DNA of 64,000 bases from the human T2T-CHM13v2.0 reference genome, Homo sapiens: the NCBI RefSeq assembly GCF_009914755.1, contig NC_060942.1, one strand, 5' to 3'. The notes beneath the pieces are model-generated. The model saw only the letters and a program-made list of their open reading frames with translations, had not been told where the DNA came from and ran no database searches. The translations under genes and the position numbers were made by a program. Below are positions 32,501 through 48,961 of the stretch, in pieces (position 1 is the first letter of the stretch; each line of letters starts with the position of its first letter).

Positions 32501-34031
32501 TGATCTTCGTGGTTTATTGAATTAAATCCATTCTTTTGGTCATTATTTTTAAAACCCTATCTGTGCACTCCTTTTTAAAATTCCCTGTGTGTGCAGTCTT
32601 ATTTTCATTCACAACAGTAATTTAGTTTTTTGCTAGGCTAGTCTCTTTTCTGTTAGCTTTCATTCCAGGTCCAATCCGTGTTTATTTCTGTTCTCCTGCC
32701 CATAATCTACCTCGCTCTCTCTCTGCCTTTGCAAATTTCTAGCCATTCCCTCTCTTAAGACCATCCCCTGTTGTTTCACTTCATACTGATATTCCTCTCT
32801 ACTTTACTCATTTCATACGTACATGGTGGTTGTCCCACTAACATGATTTATGGCATTTAATTATGTGATGACTTTCATTGTTGCTTGATAACATAAACGT
32901 GTGAATCGTGTGAATTCATGTATGGAGATACATGAATCTCCTGATCTCCTGCTTAGAGGTCAGGAACTTTGTCCTTCTTTTTTGTTTCTCTCAGTGCCTA
33001 CATGATAACTTCCAGTGCACACATGAGCTGTAATATAAACCCACACTTGAAAATGGGTATATCCATTTTCTCATTTTAGCTGAAACGTATTTGAAAGAAC
33101 CATTTTTCTCATTTTAATTGAAATTCAGAAAAAGCAGACGACCTGGATTTTGTCCTGTAGGACCACATGAAGCAAATTGTCTTTAATTCTCAAAGCCGCA
33201 TTCTCTGCTAGGAGTCGGGGCCATAATTACAATGGATTAGCTACTTTTGGTTCCCTGTCTAAATGGCTTTTACTATTTGCTTTAAAATACCCTGTAAAGA
33301 AATCATTAAATCCAGAATATTGAGAGAGCAAAATCAGTGGGCTCCAGATATTGCAAGCAGAGGGGAGGATATCTTCAAAAGTGTTTTGTCCAGTACTTTT
33401 ATGAAGAAGTTCAGACTGATATTTTTGTTGTTTTTTACAGCCAAAACAAATTTCAAGAAAACATTGAGTTGTTTGGGTTAGTTTTTATAGTATCACTTCT
33501 CAGTAAGGAAATATGATTCATCTGTTGAGTCCTAAAACTATCCCAAATTTTAGATTATTGAGTCAAAAGACTCTAGATGGAAGATTGATATTTATATCTC
33601 ATAGCAAAAAGAAAAAATAGCAATCTGCGAAGTCAGATTTCCCATCTCTGATTATAAAACTATATATTTTAATAACCCTTAACTGTTTATGGTAATACCT
33701 GCAGTTTCTTGACTTCATATTGCAGTTGCTATTCATCTGAATTGTGTTTGTTCATCCGTTAAATACTTACTAAGCTCCTGCTCTCTATGCCAGGAACACA
33801 CAAATAAATAAATGTAAGACTATCTCTGCCCTAACAGAACTCCTAGCTTCATGGAGGAGACAAATGAGTCAGGAGAGAAATCCTAGCTGCATTCTTTTTT
33901 ATATATCATAACATAAAATTGTATTTTATATTATACTATTGGTTACAAATATATTTTATAAATTAGGATATACTTCAGACAGCATTTTGATATTGTCTTG
34001 AAATGCAAATTTTAAGTGCAGACTGTTGGTA

Positions 34032-34338
34032 ATTTATTTATTTATTTATTTATTTTGAGACAGAGTTTTGCTCTGTCGCCCAGGGTGGAGTACAGTGGCA
34101 TGATCTCAGCTTACAGCAATCTCCACCTCCAAGGTTCAAGTGATTCTCCTGCCTCAGTCTCCCAAGTAGCTGGGATTACAGGTGCCCACCACCACGCCCA
34201 GCCAATTTTTGTATTTTTAGGAGAGATGGGGTTTCACCACGTTGGCCAGGCTGGTTTCGAACCCCTGACCTCAAGTGATCTGCCTGCCTCGGCCTCCCAA
34301 AGTGCTGGGATTATAGGTGTGAGCCGTCATGCCTGGCC
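34032..34338 (-). mobile_element. Alu (AluS-like), antisense, just upstream of exon 11
   Basis: Alu consensus. Confidence 0.95.
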
Positions 34339-34524
34339 TGTTGCCAATAATTTTAAATGCAAAATAACATTGTCTATATTTATAATTGGGTATTTCTTAC
34401 ATATGCTCACATCAACCTGAAGAAAATTAAAGTCAAGGTTTTTCTACAAAAAGTTATGCAGTCTGTATGTTCAGAGTGCATTTAGAATTGACATCTATCT
34501 CTCTCTTATTTTTCCTCTTTTCAG

Positions 34525-34702
34525 GGTTATTATATTATGCAGGACATGGTTATGAAAATTTTGGGAACAGCTTCATGGTCCCCGTTGATGCTCCAAATCC
34601 ATATAGGTCTGAAAATTGTCTGTGTGTACAAAATATACTGAAATTGATGCAAGAAAAAGAAACTGGACTTAATGTGTTCTTATTGGATATGTGTAGGAAA
34701 AG
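34525..34702 (+). CDS. MALT1: MALT1 exon 11 (178 nt), catalytic dyad: His415 (CAT 34545-34547, YAGHG) and Cys464 (TGT 34692-34694, LDMCR)
   Basis: tttcag|GGTTA acceptor and AAAAG|gtaagt donor; paracaspase AGHG and DMCR motifs. Confidence 0.99.
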
Positions 34703-35434
34703 GTAAGTTTTCTAATCTTTATTAAAGAATTGTTGGAGTTAAATATCGACCATGACAAACTAGAGAAACCTGTGAAATGCTAAAAGCCATTTGCGTTTGT
34801 GAATTTTAGTTTATACATTGAAACTGGAAGAACAAAACTAGAGGAAAATACATTTACTCCATGTATATCTAATTATTTTAACTCTTCATATTTGCTATAG
34901 AACACAAATGAAGAACTAAAGGGCATGGGCATTTACTCACACTACAGGGGATTCAACTCTCCAGAATGCCTTTAGATGACTTTAATAATCACTATAGTTA
35001 TTCCCTCAGGAATTAACAAAACCAACACCCATGGAGTTGGGATCTCTGCTCACTAGTCAGTCCTGGTCTTCCAGACATGGAATGAGTAGCCGAAGCAGAT
35101 GTTTGGAGGTTTGGATCCCATTTGTCTGCCATTGCCTTTCTAAGGAGTAGAACCAATGACTGTTCCTCTAGATTTACTATTTTTTTGCTTGCTCAGCATT
35201 TACCAATCAAAATCCAATGCCAGAGTTCAAATGCAACTCTAGTTTTAAAGCTAACAAGGAGTTAGTGGGTTATTTTGGGTAGATATGTAGCTACCTAGAT
35301 GAAAAATTTTGAATCTATAATTTTAAATTATGTATTCTAAAAAACTGTTGTATTTTCTCATTATTTATACCCTTTTAAGAATGCTCTTTAACTTTTCATA
35401 TTTCTATCTGCCCTCCTCCGCCTCCCTTAAATAG

Positions 35435-35509
35435 AAATGACTACGATGATACCATTCCAATCTTGGATGCACTAAAAGTCACCGCCAATATTGTGTTTGG
35501 ATATGCCAC
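35435..35509 (+). CDS. MALT1: MALT1 exon 12 (75 nt), NDYDDTIPILDALKVTANIVFGYA(T)
   Basis: aatag|AAATGAC acceptor and GCCAC|gtaaga donor. Confidence 0.97.
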
Positions 35510-35998
35510 GTAAGAACATTTGATGTTTACGTTGAAGTTTCCTTTATTGTTTGATGTCTTTTTGTTTTTGCTTTTTAGGAGCAGGGGTCTTAACTCTGTC
35601 ACCCAGGCTGGAGTGCAGAGGCGCCATCATAGCTCACTGCTCCTGGGCTCAAGCGATCCTCCTGCCTCAGCCTTCTGAGTCGCTGGGATTACAGGCATGT
35701 GCCACTGTGCCTGGCCCCTGAGGGTTTTTTGATTATAGATTAGAGGCCTAGAAAATACCTATAGACATGTAGGCATAAATTTACCTCCTTGATATTCTGC
35801 GTAGAAAATTTTAAATGATCGACTTTAGCATTCCATATCATGGTATCTTAATTATTAAGCCCAAATTGGGCATGTAATTCCTGCTTAAAGATTAACTCTT
35901 TATCAATGTCATGTGAGAGGCAGAAGAGAAAATGAAGCTTATTGGTGTATACAGAAGTCCCATGTGGCAAGTGTTTGCTTTTCTAACATTTTCTTTTT

Positions 35999-36300
35999 AA
36001 AAAATTATTTTTATTGGATATTGACAAGTTATAATTGTATGTATTTATGGGATACAAAGATATGCTATGATGTACGTATTCAATGTGGAATGATTGAATC
36101 AAGATAATTCACATATCACCTCAAATACTTATCTTTTTTCCTAACTGAAACATTGTACCCTGTGACTAACAGTCCCCACGCTGTCCCCACCCCCCCAGCC
36201 TCTGGTAACCACCATTCTGCTGGGTGCTTCTCTGAGTTCATTTTTATTAGCATCCACATATAAGTGAGAACATACAGTATTTGCCTTTCTGTGCCTGGCT
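35999..36300 (-). mobile_element. L1MA 3' end abutting the exon 13 branch point
   Basis: ataattgtatgtatttatggga...catataagtgagaacatacagtatttgcctttctgtgcctggct. Confidence 0.85.
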
Positions 36301-36323
36301 TAACTTCTTTTTCTATTTTTAAG

Positions 36324-36451
36324 GTGTCAAGGAGCAGAAGCTTTTGAAATCCAGCATTCTGGATTGGCAAATGGAATCTTTATGAAATTTTTAAAAGACA
36401 GATTATTAGAAGATAAGAAAATCACTGTGTTACTGGATGAAGTTGCAGAAG
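36324..36451 (+). CDS. MALT1: MALT1 exon 13 (128 nt), CQGAEAFEIQHSGLANGIFMKFLK...DEVAE
   Basis: tttaag|GTGTCAA acceptor and GAAG|gtaaaa donor. Confidence 0.98.
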
Positions 36452-38106
36452 GTAAAATAAAAAATAAAGAGAAAAGTACTCAGAAAAAGGAGAGCAGGGG
36501 AGACACACCTATTCAGGGTTCCCTCTCTGGTGATTGTTTTATTCTTATTATGTGGGTTTGGAATTAGTACCTACTTTATAAAACAATTTTTATATTAATA
36601 TAACGTTCAGCAACACTTCTGCTATTTAATGTCATCTTTCCTTCCCTTTTGACCTAGCTCTCCACCATCTGTGCAGCATTACTCAGACTACAAGGCTAAG
36701 CCTCGGCACAGTCATTAATAAAGTTGAATTCTCAGAGCTCTACTTTGCTTCTATGCCCAGTGCCTTGGTACTGGCAAATCTCCCTATTTGAGGGTGGGTG
36801 GGTGGCATGGAGGGGTGGTGGGGAATTGTCCAGTGAGCAGTCTCTCCCAGGATGGGAGAGAGAAAACTTTACAGAAATTTTTAGACACTGCTGGGAAAAG
36901 CTGAGTTCATTTTTTTCCCTGATGAACTTAGTAGTTTTTAAATCGTGATTTAAGGATGTGATCCTAGGGGGTCTAATGCCACATCTTCCATTTCTATCTG
37001 TTCTCCCTGCCTGCTGGTATAATGCTGTGCATATGTCAGATGCTGAACAAGTACCTATTATTTCAGTAGATTGCACTGTGTTTTTTGAAAAAACATTTTA
37101 TAAGCCATAGCAAAAAGAAGGTAACTTGGCTAGGTATGGTGGCTCAAGCCTGTAATCCCAGCACTTTGGGAAGCTGAGGCAGGAGGATCACTTAAGGCCA
37201 AGAGTTCAAGACCAGCCTAGGCAACATAGCGAGACCCTGTCTTCAAAATAAAAAATAAAAATAAAAAAGAAGAAATTATTTTACAAACTAGCACCACTAG
37301 AAAATGGAGTTTCATGGATGTTCCAGTGATGGCAGTTTGGGTATAAGGTGTTTGACCAACTGTCAGCCATATTTATTTTCATGTTTTTATCTGTGTAGCT
37401 ATTTTAGATCACTTGACTTAGCCACTTTTCCATTTAACATAACCAGCCAGGGCTTTGGACTTCCTGCCACCCTCCCGCTTCATCCAGAGAAGTTCCACTT
37501 TTATTTGTTTTCTACATTAGGCTTCTTCTGAAGCTTACATTTGAAGGAAAGGCTCTGCTGCTTTAAAAAAAAAAAAGAAAGAAAGAAAACCTTTGGATTA
37601 TGTCAGTTATATTCAAACTGAGATCCAGTAAGGTGCTCCAGAAACTCTACAGTGTTTTATTTCAATTTCGTTTTTAAGTCCATTTTAACTATTTTAAAAC
37701 TTAATAAAAAGCACCATGCTCACTCACATATGATATTTACCAAATTGTCATAGCAATGAATGGCATCCCGATATGTGCTGTGAGGATATTTGAACTTCTT
37801 ATAAACATCTTAGACAGTTTTGCTTTTCGCTGATCTTTTTCAGTCCTACCATGTCTGCTTAACCAGAATTGCCCAGGCAGGAAGACCCTGTAGTGTACAT
37901 GGAGCACACTCAGCTCAGTGCCGTGCACATTGTGCCCTTCGTGGGTAACGGCCCACTCATTGTACAAAATAAGTAAAGGCCTAATAGTATCATGATAAAT
38001 AATACAGTTAAATCTAGCCCTTATTTTGAGTTTTGGATGCTTTGTGTCTGACCCCTGTCTTAGTAGTAAAGAGCAAAAGTAGTTGTATGAAATTTTTCAC
38101 AAGTCA

Positions 38107-39043
<937 letters not shown>

Positions 39044-39229
39044 TGAGGTAAATTGGTTGTTATAATGCTACAGCCATCAATCTGTAACGCGACTTTTATT
39101 TTTGTACTATTCAGGACAGCATTATTATTAGAAGTGTTGAACATACTACTGAAGGTTTTCATTGTGAGTAGATGTTCGATATGAATATAGGACCTTGAAG
39201 TAACCTACATCTAATTATAGGACCCCTCT

Positions 39230-42200
39230 TCTCCCTTCCCCCACTCCATGATAACTACCATTCTAAACTTATTCCTTTTTCGTTTTACATAGTTTTATTG
39301 AGTTTATATATACCCAAAAAAGTATGCGTAGTTTTGTTTTTAACTTCATAAAAAGGTATTATGCTCTATGTAGTCTTTTGGGACTAGATTTTTTTGGTTA
39401 ATATTATGTTGCTAAGATTGATCCCTATTGTTGCATGACTGTAGTTTTTAACTGCTACGTAATATTCTGTTATGCAAACATACTACAGTTTTTTTCAACT
39501 ACTCTCCTGTGTTGGTGAGCATTTGAGTTAGTTGTAGGTTTTTGCTATGTTAACAGTGCTATCATTAACAGTCTTGTGTATGTCTCCTGGAATATGTATG
39601 CATGAATTTCTTTGCAGTATAATTCTACAACTTGGAATTGCTGGGTCATAGGGTGTGACAGTATTCCATTTTGAGAGAGAATGCCAGACAGTTTTGTAAA
39701 GTGGTTGCCGAGTCTACACTTAACCCTACTCCCCACGGCCAGCAAGGGATAATGTGAATCTGTACTCTCTCCATCACTTGATAGTCAGACTTTTTTATTT
39801 TTGCCAAATGTTAAATAGTATCTCATGTGATATTGAACATTGTTCATATTTTTAATAGCTATATGTATATCTTATGTGAAACATCTTTTTATGTCATTTG
39901 TGCATTCTTCTGTGTGTGTGTGTGTGTGTGTGTTTTGGCTTATTGATTTAGAGGAATGTTGTATGTGTTCTTGATATAATACTAGCGAGGACCGCTAAGA
40001 CACAATTGAATAGGTAGTTGTGGGCATCCTTGTCTTGTTTCTGACTTTAAAGGAAATACTGCTAATGTCTTCACATTTAGAATAATATTGTAAGTTTTTT
40101 TATTAACACTTTATCAGGTTAAGGAAGTTCTCTTAATTTTTTTGAAAATTTTTATTATGAATAAATGAACAAGATTAAATGGTTTTTCTGCAGCTATGAA
40201 GAAGAAAATAGGATGTTTCTTTTCTTTCAATTTCTTAATATGGTGAGTTAAATTTATAGATAGTCTAACATTAATCCAACTTGAGATAAATCACTTTCAT
40301 TGGGATGTATATTTTTAATACACTACTAGATTTAATTTGCCATCATTCTGTTTAGAATTTTCATATCTATATTCATATGGGAAATGGGCCTGTAATTTTA
40401 CTTTCTTATAGTATTTGGTTTAATTTTATGAGAAAATAAAATTAGTATTTAGTGGTATCAGTGTTATCAGTATCAGTGGCATACAGAGTATCAGTGTTAT
40501 CTGATAGAATGTAGCGTAGGCCTTGTGGAATGAGATGGAGGACAACCAAGATGGTTGATTTTATGTCAACTTTTGCCAGGCCTCAGTGCCAAGATATTTA
40601 GTCCAGCATTATTCAAGATGTTTCTAGGTGATGGATCCAACATTATTCTGGATAAGATTAAAGTTTAAATTGATGGACTTTCAGTAAAGTAGATTGCTCT
40701 CCATAATGTGAATGGGCCTCATTCAGTTAGCTGAAGGCCTTAATGGAGCAAAGACTGACCTCCCACAAGCATGGAGTTTGCTAGCAGCCCGCCTCTGGGG
40801 CTCAAACTACAACTCTCCTCTGCATCCCCAGCCTGCCTGCCTGCAGGTTTCAGACTTGCACCGCCACAATTCATAAACCAATACCTTAAGTCAGTCCCTT
40901 CTTCTCACTGTCCCTCTATGTACACACATACACACACACACACACACACACGTGTACGTGTACACATGCGCCCATCTTGTTGGTACTGCTTCTCTGGAGA
41001 ACTCTAATACAGAAGAGGTACACCCTGTTGTTTACTGGGAACTTTTGTATAAATTATGATCTGTTCCCTAATGTTTATGGTAGAACTTGCCTATAAACCA
41101 ACCTGGGATTGGTATTTTTTTGGTAGAAGATTTTTAACCACTGGTTCAGTATCTTGAATATTTCTTGTACCATATAGGCTTTTCATTTCTTGAGTCAATT
41201 TTGATAAGTTATATTTTCCTAGGAATTTGGGCAGTTTTCAAATTCGTTGTCATTTAGTTGCTCATATTTCTAATAGTATTCTTTAATCTCTGCCTTATCC
41301 ATAGTTATATATCCGTTTTCATCAGTATTACTTGTACTTACTTTCCTTTTTTATTTATTGCCAGCTTTTGCCAATTGTGCTATTTCATTTTGAAGAACCA
41401 ATCTTTGACTCTGTTGATTTCTTCTACTTTTTCATTGTTTTCTACATCATTAACTTCTGCTGTTTATTTATGTCTTGCCTTGCATTTATTATTTCTTTTT
41501 CTAACATCATCGTAGTTCATTCACTTTTAGCCTATTTTTTCCAATTTAAGTTTCTAAGGCTTTACATTTCTCTTAAAACATCACTTTCATCACACATCCT
41601 ATAAGTTTAGGGATTTTTTTTAGTTGACTTTTTTTTTCTTTGACCTTTAAGTTATATAATATTATCTTTAATTTTCAAATATGGCAGGAATTTTCATTTC
41701 ACTTTTTGCTTTTTATTTCTACCTTAATTGCTTTGTGATCGAATAATAGTCTGTCTAATTGCTATGCTTTGAAATTTGTGGAGGTTTTCATTATGGCCAA
41801 GTAAAAGATGAAATTTTGTAAATTTTGCATGTGTACTTGAGAAAAATGGATATTTTTGTAGTAACTGGTTGCAGAACTCTATGTATGCCCATTAGGTTTG
41901 GCGTATTAATTTTTATTGTTTTGTTCAGTTCTATATTTCTGCTGATTGTCTCTTTGATCAATAATTGAGATGTTGAAATCTCTCAATTTACCAAATTTTC
42001 TTGTAGTTCTAGCACTTTTTACTTCATATATAGTGACTATTTTCGTGTTTTAAATGTTTATATTTTCTTATTGAACCTTTATCATTATGTAGTGATGCCT
42101 CCATTTCAAATGCTTCTTCTCTTTTTGTATCATACTAACAGAGCCACACCAACTTCCTTTTTGTTGACCTAATATGCTATTTTTTACACTTTTACTTTCC

Positions 42201-42430
42201 TACTCTTAACCCCTAGGCTAGCCTGCTTCTCTACACTTTTACTTTCAAACATTTCATGTCATTCTGCTTTGCTGTAGCTTTTGGAGGCACCATATAACAG
42301 ATTGTTTAAAATCCAATCTGATAATCTTGGTCTTTTAATGAGAAAATTTAGTTAATTTACATTTGTTATTTTTTGTACCTGTTTTAACCATCTAATTTTT
42401 TGATTTGGCTCATTTTCTTATCTTTTTTAA
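39230..42430 (-). mobile_element. Old L1ME/L1M fragments with an MLT2 LTR inserted at about 40550-41010
   Basis: tggaattgctgggtcataggg L1 motif; MLT2 text ttttatgtcaact...tctctggagaactctaataca with a (CA)n tract. Confidence 0.75.
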
Positions 42431-42986
42431 AAAAATTGTATTTATATCTTTTCTTCTCTAACAAATAATAATTTTAATGTACTCCTACAATACTTGGTAT
42501 CTCCTTTTAACTCCCAACATGTTGATTTAACTTAGACTTAGTTCTGGATCACTATATAATTTTGTCTCTTTTTTTAAAAAAAAGAACCTTACTATTGTTA
42601 ATTTATAACATAGTAGACAGAAGTAGGATAAACTATAACTTAAATAATATACTTCTAAATTTAAATTGATGTGTATCCATATACATTAGTCTATCTAAAA
42701 CATGTTGAATGAAAATGGTACATTACAAAGACATACATAGAACATTTTTGTTGAATTCAAAAACCTAAAACATTGGCATATACTATTTATGAACACTTAC
42801 ACACATGAGTAAAAATTAAAACATGCCTGATATGTCTGGCACATAATAGGTGCTCAGGAAATATTTGTTGAGTGAATAAATGATACTGAGAATATAACCT
42901 GATAATGTAGGATAGTTCTTAGCCTAAATATTTAAAACATAAGAATTGGTGGTCTTAAAAATAATATTTATTTTCATATCTTTTAG

Positions 42987-43136
42987 ATATGGGTAAGTGT
43001 CACCTTACCAAAGGCAAACAGGCTCTAGAGATTCGAAGTAGTTTATCTGAGAAGAGAGCACTTACTGATCCAATACAGGGAACAGAATATTCTGCTGAAT
43101 CTCTTGTGCGGAATCTACAGTGGGCCAAGGCTCATG
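42987..43136 (+). CDS. MALT1: MALT1 exon 14 (150 nt), (D)MGKCHLTKGKQALEIRSS...LQWAKAH
   Basis: ttttag|ATATGG acceptor and CATG|gtacgg donor. Confidence 0.97.
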
Positions 43137-43545
43137 GTACGGTAAAGCCCATTTTTTGTTAGATCTACAATATACTTAACGTTAAATCATAAAGTTTCTT
43201 CTGAATAAATAACTTTCCTCCCAGTTTTACAGTGAAAATATTTTGGCCTACTAGGCAAATCTCAAACCAAACAAATATTTCAATTATGGATATTACACTG
43301 GCTTATTTGATTTAGAAATATCAAATTATTTAGCCCATTATTGTCACTATTGGTAAAATTTAAATGACCATTTAAAAATTTTTCTATTTTTAAAATAGGT
43401 TAAGTTTCCATTTGTCTAATACACAATCCTTTAGATTCTCCTATATTGTGACCTGTCGAAAATCATGGATTGGGTTCTGATCCAGTCTCTACCACTCTAT
43501 GAACATGTTATCTATAACATGTAAATAAGAAATGGTACCTGCTTC

Positions 43546-44506
<961 letters not shown>

Positions 44507-45459
44507 AATTTATTCTCTAATACATATTTTTAGTAAATTAACATATTAAAGCACATTAAAATGTAAAATGCTATAAATATCTCACCATTCCAGATAACTG
44601 GATAAGTAATTGAATGTCTTTTCTCTAAAAAAGATCTAAACAACAAATAGCAAAATTACGGTGGTAAAGATCAACAATAAACGAAACTTCATAAAACAAA
44701 ATGAAAAGGTCATATAGAAAATATTTGTAACAAATAAGAGAAAAAAAATTAAGACCCTCCTCAGTAAACAAGCAAATGATACAAATTCAACAATCCACAC
44801 TGCTGGAAGTATAGAGAAAAATTTTTTAAATGGCTAATGTAAGTAAGTAAGGAATAATTAAAACTGATGGTATCTTTCTGCTTTTTAATACCATCAAGTA
44901 GACAAATGTTTTAAAAATTAATACTCTGTTTTGGACATGTTATGCTGAAACTTTATATTCCATGCAAATTGAAAATAATTTGTCCCATATGTAAAGGAAC
45001 AATCACATAGCTTTATCTATCTTAAAGCATTACGTATATATAAATATTAACTATGATAGAAAAACAATAAAACCCAGAGGTATTATAAATATTCAAGAGT
45101 TAACAGAATGGTTAAAGGTAACAAACTATAATGTGGCTGTTCAGTGACATTGTGCTTTATTAAAAATTCTGGTCATATAAATTGAGGCAACAGTGAAAAT
45201 TTATCTACAATTGTATGCATATTTTTGATTGCCACAATAAAAATTATATATACAGTTGGATAAGAACTATAAACAAATGGTAAATGAAAGACTTTGTTTG
45301 GCCAGCAGAATAGTGAGCATTATTTTTTAAATTGTATGTGTTTAAACAATGTAAATCATGTTTTTAAGCAAAAGAAATGCTATCTATATTCTCCTCCATA
45401 AATATTTGCCTCTTATCATCAGAAAACCTACCAAAGTTGTTCTTATTGTTCTTTTTCAG

Positions 45460-45617
45460 AACTTCCAGAAAGTATGTGTCTTAAGTTTGACTGTGGTGTT
45501 CAGATTCAATTAGGATTTGCAGCTGAGTTTTCCAATGTCATGATCATCTATACAAGTATAGTTTACAAACCACCGGAGATAATAATGTGTGATGCCTACG
45601 TTACTGATTTTCCACTT
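45460..45617 (+). CDS. MALT1: MALT1 exon 15 (158 nt), Ig3 domain, (E)LPESMCLKFDCG...VTDFPL
   Basis: tttcag|AACTT acceptor and CCACTT|gtgagt donor. Confidence 0.98.
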
Positions 45618-46787
45618 GTGAGTCTCTTCTTTTATTTAAAATACAGTGATATATTCTCACTTATTAAAGACTAAATTTTTTAAAACTTAAAGTTGATGGT
45701 AAATATAAAGGAAATATATATATTTATATATGTGTATATATTTATAGTTTAGTAACACTGATCATAATATTTACTAATTGCCAAAATACCTTAAGTTTAT
45801 GAGATTTAGAAATGTCTAAAGTTCACTCAGGAAGGATGCCTCTAATTTCTTATATCCTAAACACGAGAGCCAATGTGAAGGAATAAAATGTGCTATAAAT
45901 ATGTCAAGAATAATTTCCTTTTAAACAGTTATAACTTATATTGGAAACAGTAGTTTTTAAGTCTTGTTAAGGTATGGTCATATGCTGGAATAATAGAAAT
46001 CTAGTTCTGCTCTTTTCAAACATTTAGGTTTGATAGTTATTTTACGTTGGTCTAAAGAAGCCAGTAAATAGTACCCCTCTTTCCTACGTGAGTGTGACAA
46101 ACTGAGAAGCAAGCAAGGAGTAAGACAAGCAGAAACCCAAAATATCACTTTGATTACTGATAGAGGCTTTGTGGAGGATATTGCTTCATGTCAGAGTAAA
46201 TGGTCTAGCACCAAACCCCAGAATTGAGTGGCCACCCCACACCTCCAGTCTCAGCAGTACGGAGCCCAGATAGGCTTCCTGAGGTACTGAGCAAGCTGGG
46301 GGCCTGTGGGCTTCTCACTGGAGCAGCAGAACCCTTACTCTTGGCCATTGGGTTGGCTCTAAAAGAAGAAAAAGGAAAAGGCTGTTTATTTATCCTTCTT
46401 AAATATTCTAATCATATAAATTTCCCTGCACCTTCCCAAAAGTGATGATTAAGAGGAGAGAATCCAGGAGTCAAACACTAATGGGGCTCTCTCTGCTTAA
46501 GAGGAAACTTGAGTAGCTCAAGAAGCATTTCTAGGAATCATTTGAAAGGAAGCTCTTTCAGAGCTCACTTTACTTTTTAAATGGCTTAGTACAGAATTGA
46601 GAATTCCTATTATAACCATAGATTGTTGTTTTCATTGTTTAGTCCTGGATAATTTTGGGATTACCAAAATTCACGAGAGGCCAGAATTCACGAGAGGATA
46701 GTATCAGTTAAGATGTCTTATGTACTAGATTATATTGTGGCTTTCATTGATTTCATTATTAACAGTCCCTAATTTTTTTTTTTACAG

Positions 46788-46913
46788 GATCTAGATATTG
46801 ATCCAAAAGATGCAAATAAAGGCACACCTGAAGAAACTGGCAGCTACTTGGTATCAAAGGATCTTCCCAAGCATTGCCTCTATACCAGACTCAGTTCACT
46901 GCAAAAATTAAAG
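46788..46913 (+). CDS. MALT1: MALT1 exon 16 (126 nt), DLDIDPKDANKGTPEETGS...LQKLK
   Basis: ttacag|GATCTA acceptor and TTAAAG|gttact donor. Confidence 0.98.
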
Positions 46914-47137
46914 GTTACTACCTTTTCTGTTTATAGCTACTAATGGAAAACTTTATGAAACTGGAAACTTATTTTGGCATAGACCATAGATATGCTGCCT
47001 TATTATTAAAGTAGAGATAACCAGTCTACAGAAGGTCCTATCAGTGACCCTTTTTATATTCTGTTTCCGATGGTGACCAGAGGACTTTATGTGTGCTTAC
47101 CCTCCAGAATGCTAAAAAATTAGTAACAGAGTATATT

Positions 47138-48162
<1,025 letters not shown>

Positions 48163-48523
48163 TAAAAGTTAATACCCCATCTCTAATAATAGGGAAGGGT
48201 AAGTTTCCTAAGCTGCACTGCTTGGAAAATGTTTTCCCTGTTCATCTAGAGTGTAAGAAAGATCTCTTTGACTTTGACTACTAACAGTAGTAAGAACTAG
48301 AAATTCTAAATGGGTTGTAAGTATTGCATGAAGGAAAAGGAAGATAATGATAGCTGGCGTTTCTCAGTTTCAGGGAGATATAAAGGATGCCTTGAGGATT
48401 TGGAACCTGGGAAAGGAGAGTGAGTGGATTTTTGGGGGTGGGGGTGTGTATGTGTGAATATTTTCAGATTGATATATATTCACTGTTGATGCCAATAATA
48501 AACCAGATTTTTTTCCTTTTCAG

Positions 48524-48961
48524 GAACATCTAGTCTTCACAGTATGTTTATCATATCAGTACTCAGGATTGGAAGATACTGTAGAGGACAAGCAGGAAGT
48601 GAATGTTGGGAAACCTCTCATTGCTAAATTAGACATGCATCGAGGTTTGGGAAGGAAGACTTGCTTTCAAACTTGTCTTATGTCTAATGGTCCTTACCAG
48701 AGTTCTGCAGCCACCTCAGGAGGAGCAGGGCATTATCACTCATTGCAAGACCCATTCCATGGTGTTTACCATTCACATCCTGGTAATCCAAGTAATGTTA
48801 CACCAGCAGATAGCTGTCATTGCAGCCGGACTCCAGATGCATTTATTTCAAGTTTCGCTCACCATGCTTCATGTCATTTTAGTAGAAGTAATGTGCCAGT
48901 AGAGACAACTGATGAAATACCATTTAGTTTCTCTGACAGGCTCAGAATTTCTGAAAAATGA
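48524..48961 (+). CDS. MALT1: MALT1 exon 17 coding part (438 nt), EHLVFTVCL...PVETTDEIPFSFSDRLRISEK-stop, includes the C-terminal TRAF6-binding motif
   Basis: tttcag|GAACAT acceptor; TGA at 48959-48961; matches ORF 48569..48961. Confidence 0.99.
   Translation, partial: EHLVFTVCLSYQYSGLEDTVEDKQEVNVGKPLIAKLDMHRGLGRKTCFQTCLMSNGPYQSSAATSGGAGHYHSLQDPFHGVYHSHPGNPSNVTPADSCHCSRTPDAFISSFAHHASCHFSRSNVPVETTDEIPFSFSDRLRISEK

Noticed and set aside
46664-46697. Short tandem duplications, here and at about 7753, 14736, 25315, 31087 and 33063
   Set aside because: Ordinary slippage duplications of 11-30 bp, expected at this density
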